Translations under genes and position numbers: made by a program | Shown: positions 8,596 to 18,506 of the stretch, piece by piece | Layout of the letters: each line of letters opens with the position of its first letter | Numbering within the stretch: the first letter of the stretch is position 1 | Source: Candidatus Poriferisocius sp. | GTDB taxonomy: Bacteria; Actinomycetota; Acidimicrobiia; Acidimicrobiales; Bin134 | Assembly (NCBI RefSeq): GCF_965214065.1 | Contig: NZ_CBDCAT010000026.1 | Coordinates: forward strand, 77,204 to 141,203 | Length of the DNA stretch: 64,000 nt | Reading direction: 5' to 3' | Notes under the pieces: generated by a model | The model's input: only the letters and a program-made list of their open reading frames with translations | Database searches by the model: none | Told to the model about the DNA's origin: nothing

Positions 8596-9735
8596 CTAAA
8601 CGGCGAACTCGGCTCGGATTTGGGGGCCGTGCTGGTTGAGGGTGGGGAGGGAGGGGGTGGGTTCGGTGGTGGCCTCGTCCCAGTCGGCGGTGGTGGCGGG
8701 GGCGGGGAGTTCGACGGTGCCGTCGGCGTGGGTGACGGTGATGCGGTTGAGCTGGGGGTGGGCTGAGAGGCCGGCCACTTCGTTGACGGTGCCGAAGGCC
8801 ATTCGGCTGTCGGTGAGCTTGCGGTGGAGCTCTTCGGTGCTCAGGCGGGCAAAAACTTCGGTGACGGCATCGTCGGTTGCAGCCCGGTTGGCGACTCGGG
8901 CCTTGTTGGTGGCGAAGCGGGGCTCGTGGGCTAGCTCAGGTTTGTCCAGCACTGTCTCGCACAGCGTGACCCACTCCCGGTCGGACTGCACGGCAATCAG
9001 CAGGGTGGTGCCGTCGGCGGTGGTGAACCCCCCGTAGGGGGCGATGGACGGGTGGGCTAAGCCCACCCGCTCAGGCCCCTTGCCGAGGTAGTCGTGGTGC
9101 AGCAGGGGGACGGTCATCCACTCGGCCATAGTGGAGAACAGCGAGACTTCGATGGCGGCGCCCTCGCCGGTGCGGGCCTGGCGAACCAGGGCTTGGCTGA
9201 TGGCTCGGGCAGCGGCCTCTCCGGTGGAGATGTCAGCCACCGATACCCCGATTCGGCCGAGCGGGCCGGGCGCACCTGAGACCGACACCAGACCGCTCTC
9301 GGCTTGCACCAGCAGGTCGTAGGCCTTCATCTGGGCATAGGGTCCGGTCGGGCCATAGCCCGAGATGTCGCAGGTCACCAGCCGGGGATGCTGCTGGCGC
9401 AGTGACTTTGAACCGAACCCCAGCCGTTCGACTGCACCCACGGCCAAGTTCTGGATGAACACGTCGGCCTGAGCGACCAGACGGCCCAGCAGCGCTCGGT
9501 CTTCATCGGCTTTGAGGTCGAGGACAATCGACTCCTTGCCCCGGTTCAGCCAGGCGAAATAGCTGGACAACCCGTCGGCAGCGGCATCGTATCCCCGGGA
9601 GAAGTCGCCTTCGGCCCGTTCTATTTTGATGACCCTGGCCCCCGCGTCGGCCAGCCGGCACGATGCCAGCGGCGCGGCCACTGCCTGTTCGACAGAGACC
9701 ACGAGCACGCCATCGAGTGGCTTGGCCGAACTCAC
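8596..9735 (-). CDS. CaiB/BaiF family III CoA transferase
   Basis: EQAVAAP, LADAGARVIKIE, LNRGKES, GYG.TGP, AYDL motifs. GTG start at 9735 is supported by TACGTT -10 6 nt upstream. Confidence 0.92.
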   Translation of the reverse strand: MSSAKPLDGVLVVSVEQAVAAPLASCRLADAGARVIKIERAEGDFSRGYDAAADGLSSYFAWLNRGKESIVLDLKADEDRALLGRLVAQADVFIQNLAVGAVERLGFGSKSLRQQHPRLVTCDISGYGPTGPYAQMKAYDLLVQAESGLVSVSGAPGPLGRIGVSVADISTGEAAARAISQALVRQARTGEGAAIEVSLFSTMAEWMTVPLLHHDYLGKGPERVGLAHPSIAPYGGFTTADGTTLLIAVQSDREWVTLCETVLDKPELAHEPRFATNKARVANRAATDDAVTEVFARLSTEELHRKLTDSRMAFGTVNEVAGLSAHPQLNRITVTHADGTVELPAPATTADWDEATTEPTPSLPTLNQHGPQIRAEFAV

Positions 9736-9788
9736 GCCAGCAACGTACCCGGCTGCTGGCCTGAGCGGCACACCACTAGTCTGCCGCT

Positions 9789-10190
9789 ATGACCCCACAG
9801 GAAATCTTGGATCTGGCCCGCGAGCATGCGGCCGCGGAAGCAGAGAACGACGCCGAGCGGACACTGGCCACGCTGGTGGACGAGCCCACCTATGAGTTCT
9901 GGCCCATGGGCAAGGGGTTCACCGGCGGCGACCTGGCCCGCATGTTCTATCTGGAGCAGTATCCGCAGTTTGCCCAGCGGGTGACCGGGTACGGCGTGTT
10001 GGGGGAGTGGACCAACGACCAGTGCGCCATCCAGGAGTACTGGATCGAGTTGGACGGAAAGACCCGCCACATGGTCATGTCCATGATGCCCGCATCGGGC
10101 GACCTGCTGGACGGGGAGAAACTGTACTGCGACGACGCCTTCGTGGAGGCCCTACTCGGACCGCTGTGTGAGCATCTGAAGCCGCTCTAG
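9789..10190 (+). CDS. SnoaL/NTF2-like hypothetical protein
   Basis: 133 aa, H.AAE..D....LATL..EP.YE pattern of NTF2-like proteins; TAGTCT -10 6 nt upstream. Confidence 0.55.
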   Translation: MTPQEILDLAREHAAAEAENDAERTLATLVDEPTYEFWPMGKGFTGGDLARMFYLEQYPQFAQRVTGYGVLGEWTNDQCAIQEYWIELDGKTRHMVMSMMPASGDLLDGEKLYCDDAFVEALLGPLCEHLKPL

Positions 10191-11677
10191 GTCAACAGGT
10201 GCTTTTGCACTTTGCCCAAGGCGTTGCGGGGGAGGTCGTCTACGAGGTGAAGGAGGCGGGGGTGCTTGAAGGGGGCGCACACTCCTTCCAAGTGGGCGCG
10301 CAGATCTTCTAGGTCGGGGGTTTTGCCGGTGGCAGGTACTACCCAGGCGGTGACCAGCTCGCCCCATTCCTCGTTGGGAGTGCCGGTGACGGCTACTTCC
10401 TCGATGTCGGGGTGGGTGCGGAGGGCGTCTTCTACCTCACGGGGGTAGACATTCAAGCCGCCGGAGATGACAAGCTCCTTGGCCCGGCCCCGGAGTTGCA
10501 AGTAGCCGTGTTCATCGAACTCACCAAGGTCGCCGGTGCGGAACCAGCCGTCTTCGTCGAACGCCTCCTCGGTGGCCTTGGGCTGGCGCCAATAGCCGGC
10601 AAACACGTTCGGTCCCTTCACGAGCACCTCGCCGGTGTCGGGGGCAAGCCGTAATTCCACACCAGGCAGGGGGAACCCCACCATACCGGCTCGTCGCTCT
10701 TCATCATGGGGGTTGGACACCAACATGATGGTCTCGGTCATGCCGTAGCGCTCGAGCACCCGTATGCCGGCTGCTTCCCCGAGTCGGCGATGCAGGTCGG
10801 CGGGCAGGGGAGCGGAGCCGGCCACACACAGCCGCAGCCGGGAGAGCTCGCTGACCCTGTGGGATTGGGCCAGCCGGGTGTACATGGTGGGCACACCAAA
10901 AAAGAGGGTGGCGTCGTGGACTTGGGCGGCGTCCAGGACCGCGTCGGGCGAGAACCCTTCGAGCAGTATCGCGGAGGCGCCGGTCAACAGCGTGCCGTGC
11001 AGCCCCACGCCCAGCCCGTGCATGTGAAACAAGGGCAGCGCCAGCACCAGCCGATCATCTGGCGTCCACCGCCAGGCAATGCGGACCGACTCGGCACCCG
11101 CCAACAGGTTTCCGTGGGTCAACACCGCACCTTTGGGCACACCGGTCGTGCCCGAGGTGTAACCCAGCAGCGCGGGGTCGCGGCTGTCCATCTGGTCCAG
11201 GCTGGGGGCTGTGGCGTCGTCAAGCGCGAGCCTGGGGGAGACCACTGTCATCTCAGGGGCAAGCTCAGCCAGCCATCGCACCCATTCAGGCTTATCCACC
11301 ACCGCGGCCCGGGGTTCGGCGTCGCCGACGATGTGGGCCAGTTCGGCCTTCTGGTAAGCCCCGTTGACCGGTACCACGATTAGCCCCAACCGCAGAGAAG
11401 CCACGTGGGCCACCACCAAGTCCACCGAGGCCGCGGCAGAGAGGATGATCCGATCGCCCTTGCGCAGGCCCGCACCAAAGAGCCGTCCAGCCGCCGCCTC
11501 GGTACGCCGGGCCAACTCGCGCCTCGAAACCCACCCAGTCTCTGCATCCCACAGTGTGGGCTTGGTGGTCTCAATAGCCCATCGGTTGCTCCACGCCGCC
11601 GGCAGGCTCGCCTCAGCGGTGAGATCTACCGATTCAGGATCTACCCCCGCAGGAAAGTGGACGGCGTCGGATCTCAC
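10187..11677 (-). CDS. Acyl-CoA synthetase (MatB/malonyl-CoA synthetase-like)
   Basis: YTSGTTGVPKG, LPLFHMHGL, ERYGMTE, PRNALGKVQK. Confidence 0.9.
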   Translation of the reverse strand: MRSDAVHFPAGVDPESVDLTAEASLPAAWSNRWAIETTKPTLWDAETGWVSRRELARRTEAAAGRLFGAGLRKGDRIILSAAASVDLVVAHVASLRLGLIVVPVNGAYQKAELAHIVGDAEPRAAVVDKPEWVRWLAELAPEMTVVSPRLALDDATAPSLDQMDSRDPALLGYTSGTTGVPKGAVLTHGNLLAGAESVRIAWRWTPDDRLVLALPLFHMHGLGVGLHGTLLTGASAILLEGFSPDAVLDAAQVHDATLFFGVPTMYTRLAQSHRVSELSRLRLCVAGSAPLPADLHRRLGEAAGIRVLERYGMTETIMLVSNPHDEERRAGMVGFPLPGVELRLAPDTGEVLVKGPNVFAGYWRQPKATEEAFDEDGWFRTGDLGEFDEHGYLQLRGRAKELVISGGLNVYPREVEDALRTHPDIEEVAVTGTPNEEWGELVTAWVVPATGKTPDLEDLRAHLEGVCAPFKHPRLLHLVDDLPRNALGKVQKHLLT

Positions 11678-11748
11678 CCATCGATCATGGCATGAGAAGA
11701 GTTAGCCAAGTCGGGTTGGCTGGCATGGCCGCGATATCGTCACTCCTC

Positions 11749-13365
11749 GTGCCCTTGAACCTGGCCACCGCGTGGGAAGCGGCTGCGGAGACGGTGCCTG
11801 ACGCCGATGCCGTGGTGTGTCACCCGGCCAGCCGGACGTGGCGGGAATTTGAAGATCGGGCGGCTCGGCTGGCGGCTGCACTGGGGGAGTTTGGCATTGG
11901 CGCGGGCGACAACGTGGGGCTCTACCTGTACAACGGCAATCCCTATAGCGAAGTCACATTCGGGGCGTTCAAATCCCGGGCGGCCCCTTGCAACGTGAAC
12001 TACCGGTACTTGGCCGGCGAGCTTCGCCATCTGCTGGACGACGCCGATGCCAAGGCGGTGTTCTTCTCTGGAGACCTGGCCGACCGGGTGGATGAGGCGC
12101 GCGTGAACCTGCCTGAGCTGCGGGCAGCCGTCTGCGTGGCCGGACCAGGCGACGAAGTGCCCGACTGGGCGCTGGATTACGAGGCGCTCATCACCGAGCA
12201 CGATCCGGCCCCACCCATCGAACGCAGTCCTGACGACCTGTGGATCCTCTACACCGGCGGCACCACCGGCAAGCCCAAGGGGGTCATGTGGCCCCACGAC
12301 TCGCTGCTCGGCACCATGGTCGGGCCGCTTCGAGCCCTTGGGCTGCCGGTTCCCGAGACTGTTGACCTGGTGAAATCCAATATCACGGCCATCTATGACA
12401 GCAATCGAGTGTCCCGCCAGCTCGCGGCCTCGCCGCTCATGCACGGCACAGCCAGCATTGTGGCGCTGTCTACCTTCACCCAGGGCGGGGCGGTTATCAC
12501 CATGCCGGAGCGCAGCTTTGACGCCGACGCGCTGTGGCGCTGCGTGGAGCGGGATCGGGCCACCGTGCTCACCATCGTGGGCGACGCCTTCGGCCAGCCG
12601 ATGGCCGACGCCCTGGATGCGGCCGCCGCCCGAGGTGAGCCCTATGACCTGTCGTCGGTGTTCATGGTGATGTCGTCGGGCGTGATTTGGAGCCAGCCGG
12701 CGAAAGAGGCCCTGCTGGTGCACAAGAACATGAAGCTGGTCGACTCGCTCGGCTCCAGCGAGGGGACCGGCACCGGTATGAGGATCAGCGACCGCAAGGG
12801 CGGCTCGGCCACCGCCCGGTTCACGCTGGGTGAGAACGCCGCGGTGTTCGACGAACGCGGCAACCCGGTGGAGCCCGGTTCGGGTGAACAGGGCATGGTG
12901 GCGGTAGGCGGCCCCATTCCCATTGGCTACTACAAGGATCCAGAGAAGACGGCGGCCACGTTCCGCACCATCGGTGGTCGGCGCTGGTCGGTGCCGGGCG
13001 ATTGGGCCATCGTTGAGGCCGACGGCACCATCACGCTGTTGGGTCGGGGATCAGCCTGCATCAACAGTGCGGGGGAGAAGATCTATCCCGAAGAGGTAGA
13101 GGAGGCGGTCAAAGTCCACCCCGCAGTGGCCGACTGCCTGGTGGTGGGGGTGCCCGACCCCAAGTGGGGCGAGGCGGTGACCGCGGTGGCCCAGGTGGAC
13201 GGCGATGCCACCGACGACGAGATCATCGCCGATTCCCGCACCCGGCTGGCGGCCTACAAGCTCCCCAAGGCGATTGTTCGCACCGATGCCGTGCAGAGGG
13301 GCGCCAATGGCAAGCCTGACTACCAGTGGGCCAAACAGACCGCTCTCGACTCTCTGTCCCGTTAG
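11749..13365 (+). CDS. Acyl-CoA synthetase, FadD19-like (steroid side chain / long-chain)
   Basis: LNLA..WE, NVNYRY, YTGGTTGKPKGVMW, PLMHG, GSSE, GRGSACIN.GEKIYPEEVE, GKPDY. GTG start at 11749 follows TATCGT -10; the ORF extends up to 11692. Confidence 0.88.
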   Translation: MPLNLATAWEAAAETVPDADAVVCHPASRTWREFEDRAARLAAALGEFGIGAGDNVGLYLYNGNPYSEVTFGAFKSRAAPCNVNYRYLAGELRHLLDDADAKAVFFSGDLADRVDEARVNLPELRAAVCVAGPGDEVPDWALDYEALITEHDPAPPIERSPDDLWILYTGGTTGKPKGVMWPHDSLLGTMVGPLRALGLPVPETVDLVKSNITAIYDSNRVSRQLAASPLMHGTASIVALSTFTQGGAVITMPERSFDADALWRCVERDRATVLTIVGDAFGQPMADALDAAAARGEPYDLSSVFMVMSSGVIWSQPAKEALLVHKNMKLVDSLGSSEGTGTGMRISDRKGGSATARFTLGENAAVFDERGNPVEPGSGEQGMVAVGGPIPIGYYKDPEKTAATFRTIGGRRWSVPGDWAIVEADGTITLLGRGSACINSAGEKIYPEEVEEAVKVHPAVADCLVVGVPDPKWGEAVTAVAQVDGDATDDEIIADSRTRLAAYKLPKAIVRTDAVQRGANGKPDYQWAKQTALDSLSR

Positions 13366-13389
13366 GCGCCGATCTGAAAGCATGGTGCC

Positions 13390-14202
13390 ATGAGCATCAA
13401 AGTGACTGCGTTGCCGGCGGCTTTGGGGGCCACTGTGGAGGGGCTGGATGCCGATCATCTTGACGATGGTGTCGCGGCAGATCTGCGGGAGGCGTTCTGG
13501 GCCCACAAGGTGCTGTTCTTTCCCCGGATTCATCTGACCGACGAGCAACACGTGGCACTGGGCTCGCTGTTCGGCGATCTGGAAGCAGTGAGCAACGACG
13601 AAACCGACCACCGCGACCACCACACGGTGGACGACGAGGGCAAGATCCTGGTGCTGGACAGCTCCAATGCCTATTCCCGGGCCAACTTCTGGCACACCGA
13701 CGTGACCTTCGCCCGCCAGCCACCGCTGGGCTCGCTGCTGTCGATGAAGGAATCCCCGCCCTCCGGCGGTGACACTATGTGGGTCAACACCCAGGCTGCC
13801 TACGAGGGGCTGTCCGATCCCATCAAGGCGGCCATCGAGGGGATCACCGCCCGCCACGGCCGAGCCGGGCTGACAGAGTTCACCGACCACCCGGCGGTGA
13901 CCGTCCACCCCGAGACCGGCAGTCGCCTCCTGTTCGTGAACCGGGGATGGACTTCGTCGCTCAATGGGATGAGCCACTTGGAGAGCAGCCGTCTGCTCGT
14001 GCTGCTGTGCGACCACATGGAACGGCCCGAGTACACCGTTAGGTGGCGGTGGAGCGACGGCGACGCCGCCTTGTGGGACAACCGCTGCACCATGCACTAC
14101 GCCATCGACGACTACGGCGCCGACCACCGGCGCATCCACCGGGTCACCATCTACGACCCGTCTGGTGCCGGGCCGGTTGCGGCCACACCACTAGAGCTCT
14201 AA
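13390..14202 (+). CDS. TauD/TfdA family Fe(II)/2-oxoglutarate dioxygenase
   Basis: WHTDVTF (HxD), GGDT.W, WDNRCTMHYA, R.IHRVT. Confidence 0.93.
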   Translation: MSIKVTALPAALGATVEGLDADHLDDGVAADLREAFWAHKVLFFPRIHLTDEQHVALGSLFGDLEAVSNDETDHRDHHTVDDEGKILVLDSSNAYSRANFWHTDVTFARQPPLGSLLSMKESPPSGGDTMWVNTQAAYEGLSDPIKAAIEGITARHGRAGLTEFTDHPAVTVHPETGSRLLFVNRGWTSSLNGMSHLESSRLLVLLCDHMERPEYTVRWRWSDGDAALWDNRCTMHYAIDDYGADHRRIHRVTIYDPSGAGPVAATPLEL

Positions 14203-15549
14203 CAGCGCCTGTTCCACCACCTCGGTGAGCGCGGGGTGGATGAAGAGCTGGCCGCGGGCCATTTCATCGACGGTGAGGCCGAATTGCATTCCCTGGATGA
14301 GCTGCTGGATGAGGGTGGGGGCTTGGGGGCCGATGATGTGGACGCCCAGCAGTAGCCGCGTCTCGGGATCGGCCAGCACCTTGGCGAAGCTAGTGGTGTC
14401 CTCCATAGCCCAGCCGTAGGCGGTGTCGCTATAGGGGCGCACTGCCCTCAGATAGGGCCGACCCTCAGCCCGAAGGGCCTGCTCGGTGGCCCCGACCGCG
14501 GCCACCTGGGGATAGGCGAACACTGCATGGGGGATGCCGGAGTGGTCGGGCACCCGCAAGTCGTCGGGGTGGGCGATGTTGTGGGCCACCGCCCGGGTGT
14601 CCTCGTTGGCGGTGTGCTTGAGCTGGGCGGCGTGACAGATATCCCCCAGCGCCCACACTCCATCGACACCGGTACGGAGGTACTCGTCGGTTACCACGTA
14701 GCCGCGGTCGTCTAGTTCGATTCCTGAGCGGGTGACGCCGAGTTGCCCGCCGTTGGGCACCCGGCCGGTGGCCATCAGCAGCACATCTCCGGTTATGTCA
14801 CGGGCTTCGGTGTGGACTGCGACCTGCGATCCGACCTGGGACACGCCGGTAATCGGAGAGCCCAAAGCGCAGTCCATGCGCCGGCGCACGATCTCGGTAA
14901 ACGCAGCCGAAACGTCCTCGTCTTCGGCCCGCAGCAGCCGCTCCGAGCGGTTCACGATCGACACCGACACCCCCATGGCATCGAACACATGACCTAGTTC
15001 GGCGGCGATGTAGCCCCCGCCCAGGATCACCATCTGCTCGGGCAGGGCTTCCAGGCGCATCACGGTGTCGGAGGTGTGGTAAGACACCTGGTCGAGACCG
15101 GGAATCGGGGGGATGAACGGCCGGGCCCCGGCGGCCAGCACGATGTGGTCGCCGGTGATCTGCTGCCCGTTCACCTCCAGCAACTTGTGGCCGACAAAGC
15201 GGGCATCGCCGTTGAACACCGTCACGTTGTCGAGGCTTTGGCGGTACTCCTCTCCGCCTTGGGCGATGGGATCTATGCGACCGAACACCCGTTCCATAAT
15301 CTCGGGCCAGCGCACGCCGTCCAGCGTGCTGTCCACGCCCAGATGTCCGGTGTGCCCTGCTTGGAGGGCCATGTCGGCTGCGTACACGAACATTTTCGAG
15401 GGGATGCAGCCCCGGTTGAGGCAGGTGCCGCCGAACACGTCCCGTTCGATCAGCGCCACCCGCCAATCGTCGAAATCGGGGGTCAAGACGCTGTTGCCCG
15501 ACCCGGTGCCCACCACCACCAGGTCGAAGTGCTCGGGTGACTCAGTCAT
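14191..15549 (-). CDS. mtr: Mycothione reductase
   Basis: GTGSGNS, FGGTCLNRGCIPSKMFVY, QLKH.AN, AYGWAMED, IHPALTEVVE match the actinobacterial Mtr pattern. Confidence 0.88.
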   Translation of the reverse strand: MTESPEHFDLVVVGTGSGNSVLTPDFDDWRVALIERDVFGGTCLNRGCIPSKMFVYAADMALQAGHTGHLGVDSTLDGVRWPEIMERVFGRIDPIAQGGEEYRQSLDNVTVFNGDARFVGHKLLEVNGQQITGDHIVLAAGARPFIPPIPGLDQVSYHTSDTVMRLEALPEQMVILGGGYIAAELGHVFDAMGVSVSIVNRSERLLRAEDEDVSAAFTEIVRRRMDCALGSPITGVSQVGSQVAVHTEARDITGDVLLMATGRVPNGGQLGVTRSGIELDDRGYVVTDEYLRTGVDGVWALGDICHAAQLKHTANEDTRAVAHNIAHPDDLRVPDHSGIPHAVFAYPQVAAVGATEQALRAEGRPYLRAVRPYSDTAYGWAMEDTTSFAKVLADPETRLLLGVHIIGPQAPTLIQQLIQGMQFGLTVDEMARGQLFIHPALTEVVEQALLEL

Positions 15550-16439
15550 CAGCCGGCTTGGGGTGGCCCCTTGGCGGTTTGATCCTCGTCAATGAGCTGG
15601 CCCCGGAAGCTGGGGTTGCGGCCCAGCTGGATGTCCTCGTGGCGCTGCATGATGGCCGGGGCGTACACGTAGTCGGTCCAGATGTAGAACTGGTTGTCGA
15701 GCACGGCGTTGAACACCAGCTCGGCCACTTCGGGCGGTTTCACCGCGTCCTCGTAGATGGCCATCATCATCTGCATCCGCTCCTCGTCTTCGGCAGTGGG
15801 GTCGGGCGGGATGATGGGCGAGCGCAAAATCTCGGGGCGGTTGCGCTCGGAGTTGATGATGTTGGTGGTCACCAGCCCTGGGCACAGCACCGATACGCCT
15901 ACCGTTGAGCCGCTCTCCTGAAGCTCGTGATAGAGCGTCTCGGAGATGGTCACCACCGCGTGCTTGGTGGCGCTGTAGGGGCCGATGTTGGGATACGAGG
16001 TGTGCCCGGCGACCGAGCCGGTGTTCACGATGTGGCCGTCGCCGTGCTCCATGAGGTGGGGCAGGAACACTCGGAGACCGTGAATCACGCCCCACAGGTT
16101 CACCCCTAGCACCCACTGCCAATCGGCGGTGGTCAGGGTGTGCATCAAGCCGCCTGCGCCCACCCCGGCGTTGTTGCATACCACGTTGACCTGTCCGAAC
16201 CGGGAGAAGGCGGCCTCGGCCAGCTCGTCCATGTCTTGTTCGGAGCTCACGTCGGTGAGCACGCCCACCGCGTCCACCCCGGCGTCGTTCATCTCGGCCA
16301 CCGCGGCGTCCATGGCCGGGCCCTCCACATCGGCGATCATGATACGGGCACCGGCTGCGCCGAACCGGTCGGCCATGGCCCGGCCCATGCCGCTGGCCCC
16401 GCCGGTGATGACTGCTGCTTTACCCTCAAACGTGTCCAT
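15549..16439 (-). CDS. SDR family oxidoreductase
   Basis: TGGASGMG, NNAGV, YSATK. Confidence 0.92.
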   Translation of the reverse strand: MDTFEGKAAVITGGASGMGRAMADRFGAAGARIMIADVEGPAMDAAVAEMNDAGVDAVGVLTDVSSEQDMDELAEAAFSRFGQVNVVCNNAGVGAGGLMHTLTTADWQWVLGVNLWGVIHGLRVFLPHLMEHGDGHIVNTGSVAGHTSYPNIGPYSATKHAVVTISETLYHELQESGSTVGVSVLCPGLVTTNIINSERNRPEILRSPIIPPDPTAEDEERMQMMMAIYEDAVKPPEVAELVFNAVLDNQFYIWTDYVYAPAIMQRHEDIQLGRNPSFRGQLIDEDQTAKGPPQAG

Positions 16440-16494
16440 GAGCCGACGCTATCGCCTGCCTGCTGGCCGAGCCGATGTCGACGGCGATGAAACC

Positions 16495-17556
16495 ATGACC
16501 ACTAGGGTTCCCGCTGTGAGCAAGGTACAAGCGGTTGTGATGTATCCACCGGCTATGGAGGAATCGGATCTCTACGAGCTGCACCGCCGGTTCCCTGGGG
16601 TGCAGTTCCACAACATCGGCTACTTCGAACCCCATGGACTGCGGGACGCCAAGGCCAAGGGCCGGGTCACCGAGGAGGTGCTGGCCACCGCCCCGCCGCT
16701 GACAGAGCAAGAGCGGGAGACCATCGCCGACGCCGAGTTACTGATGGCCCTCGATCTGCCGCATGGGATCAGGGAGTGGGCGCCGCGGCTGCGATGGGTG
16801 CAGGCCATCGGGGCAGGCATCGGGCAACTCGAGCCCGCCAAGCTCAAGGCCGAGGGCATCGCGTTGACCAACGCCGCCGGAGTGGCTTCCACCCCCATTG
16901 CCGAGTTCGTGATCGGACGATTGCTGGAAGTATGGAAGGACATCCGGGTGCTGGAGCGCCAGCAGCGCAGCCACATCTGGGAGATGCACCAGGGGCTGTT
17001 GGTGAAGGGGAAGACCATGGGCATCGTCGGCCTGGGCGCCATCGGCCGGGATGTGGCCCGCCGGGCCAGGGCATTTGAAATGACCATTTTGGCCAACCGC
17101 CGCTCGGCCCAGCCCGGCGACACCGATCCCGATGCCGACGAGTTGTTCGGCCCCGAGGGGTTGGACGAAATGCTGTCCCGCAGCGACGCGGTGGTGCTGT
17201 GCGCCCCCCACACCCCTGAGACCATTGATCTATTCGACGCCCAGCGGCTGAGGCGGCTCAAGCCCGGTGCGGTGCTGGTGAATGTGGGCCGGGGGTCGAT
17301 GATCGACGAGGCCGCGCTGGTGTCGTCGCTTGAATCGGGGCACTTGGGGGCCGCAGTGCTGGATGTGACCCGCGAGGAGCCTCTGCCGGCCGACAGCCCG
17401 TTGTGGGATGCGCCCAACATGTATCTGTCGCCCCACTGCTCCACAGCCAGCGAGGGCTATAACGAGGCCCTGATGGAGCTGTTCTGCGACAACTTGGAGC
17501 GCTTTCTGGCCGAAGAACCCCTACGCAACGTGGTAGACCCCGACCGGGGCTACTAG
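16495..17556 (+). CDS. D-2-hydroxyacid dehydrogenase family protein
   Basis: GIVGLGAIG, NVGRG, LDV..EPLP, SPH motifs; start approximate. Confidence 0.88.
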   Translation: MTTRVPAVSKVQAVVMYPPAMEESDLYELHRRFPGVQFHNIGYFEPHGLRDAKAKGRVTEEVLATAPPLTEQERETIADAELLMALDLPHGIREWAPRLRWVQAIGAGIGQLEPAKLKAEGIALTNAAGVASTPIAEFVIGRLLEVWKDIRVLERQQRSHIWEMHQGLLVKGKTMGIVGLGAIGRDVARRARAFEMTILANRRSAQPGDTDPDADELFGPEGLDEMLSRSDAVVLCAPHTPETIDLFDAQRLRRLKPGAVLVNVGRGSMIDEAALVSSLESGHLGAAVLDVTREEPLPADSPLWDAPNMYLSPHCSTASEGYNEALMELFCDNLERFLAEEPLRNVVDPDRGY

Positions 17557-17603
17557 GAATAGGTCTAGGACCAGGAACAGATCCCATCGAGGAGGAATCA
17601 CCC

Positions 17604-18506
17604 ATGCCGTCAGATGCCTACAACGCCGCGGTTGCCGCGCTGAAGCAGCAGATGCAGGAGTCTGCTGGCGGCCCTCCACCTGATTTGGCTACGACCAGGG
17701 CCGGTTTTGAGGCGGGTTACAGCTCGATGCCCGTTCCCGACGGAGTGAGCTTCACCTCGGTTGACGCTGGAGGGGTTCCCGCCGAGTGGGTCACACCTCC
17801 AGAGGTGGAGGGAAATCGGACCATCTTGTACCTGCATGGCGGCGGCTATGTGGTGGGCAGCCTCAACACCCACCGACATGTGGTGAGCCGTATGGCGCTG
17901 GCCGCCAAGGCACGGGTGTTGAACGTTGACTACCGCCTCGCCCCCGAAAATCCCTATCCGGCAGCGCTGGACGACGCCATGGCCGCGTGGCAATGGCACT
18001 TGGCCAATGGGGGAGAGGCCGCCCACACCGCCATCTCCGGCGATTCCGCGGGCGGGGGCCTGGCCATCGCGCTGTGCATGAAGCTGCGGGACGAAGACCT
18101 GCCGCTTCCAGCATGTGCCGCACCCATCTCGCCGTGGACTGATCTGACTTTCTCAGGCGATTCCATGACCGACCGGGCTGACCGCGATCCCTTGTTGGCG
18201 GGAGCCGACGGCCTGTCGGGCATGGTCATGGCCTACGCCCAGAGCACAGACGCCTCCGATCCCTACGTCTCCCCAGTGTTCGGCACCTTCGACAATCTGC
18301 CCCCCATGATGATCCAGGTGGGAACCGAAGAGGTGCTCTACGACGACAGCACCCGAGTGGTCAAAGACATCGAGAACGCCAACGGCTCAGTGGAGTTCCG
18401 CCCCTGGCAAGACATGATGCACGTCTGGCACCTGCTGGCCGGCGTAGCCCCCGAAGCCGAAGAAGGGATCGCCGAGCTGGCTGCGTATATCGCGGAGCAG
18501 ACCTAA
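17604..18506 (+). CDS. Alpha/beta hydrolase, HSL family esterase
   Basis: HGGGY, YRLAPE, GDSAGG, EVLYDD, HVW. Confidence 0.93.
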   Translation: MPSDAYNAAVAALKQQMQESAGGPPPDLATTRAGFEAGYSSMPVPDGVSFTSVDAGGVPAEWVTPPEVEGNRTILYLHGGGYVVGSLNTHRHVVSRMALAAKARVLNVDYRLAPENPYPAALDDAMAAWQWHLANGGEAAHTAISGDSAGGGLAIALCMKLRDEDLPLPACAAPISPWTDLTFSGDSMTDRADRDPLLAGADGLSGMVMAYAQSTDASDPYVSPVFGTFDNLPPMMIQVGTEEVLYDDSTRVVKDIENANGSVEFRPWQDMMHVWHLLAGVAPEAEEGIAELAAYIAEQT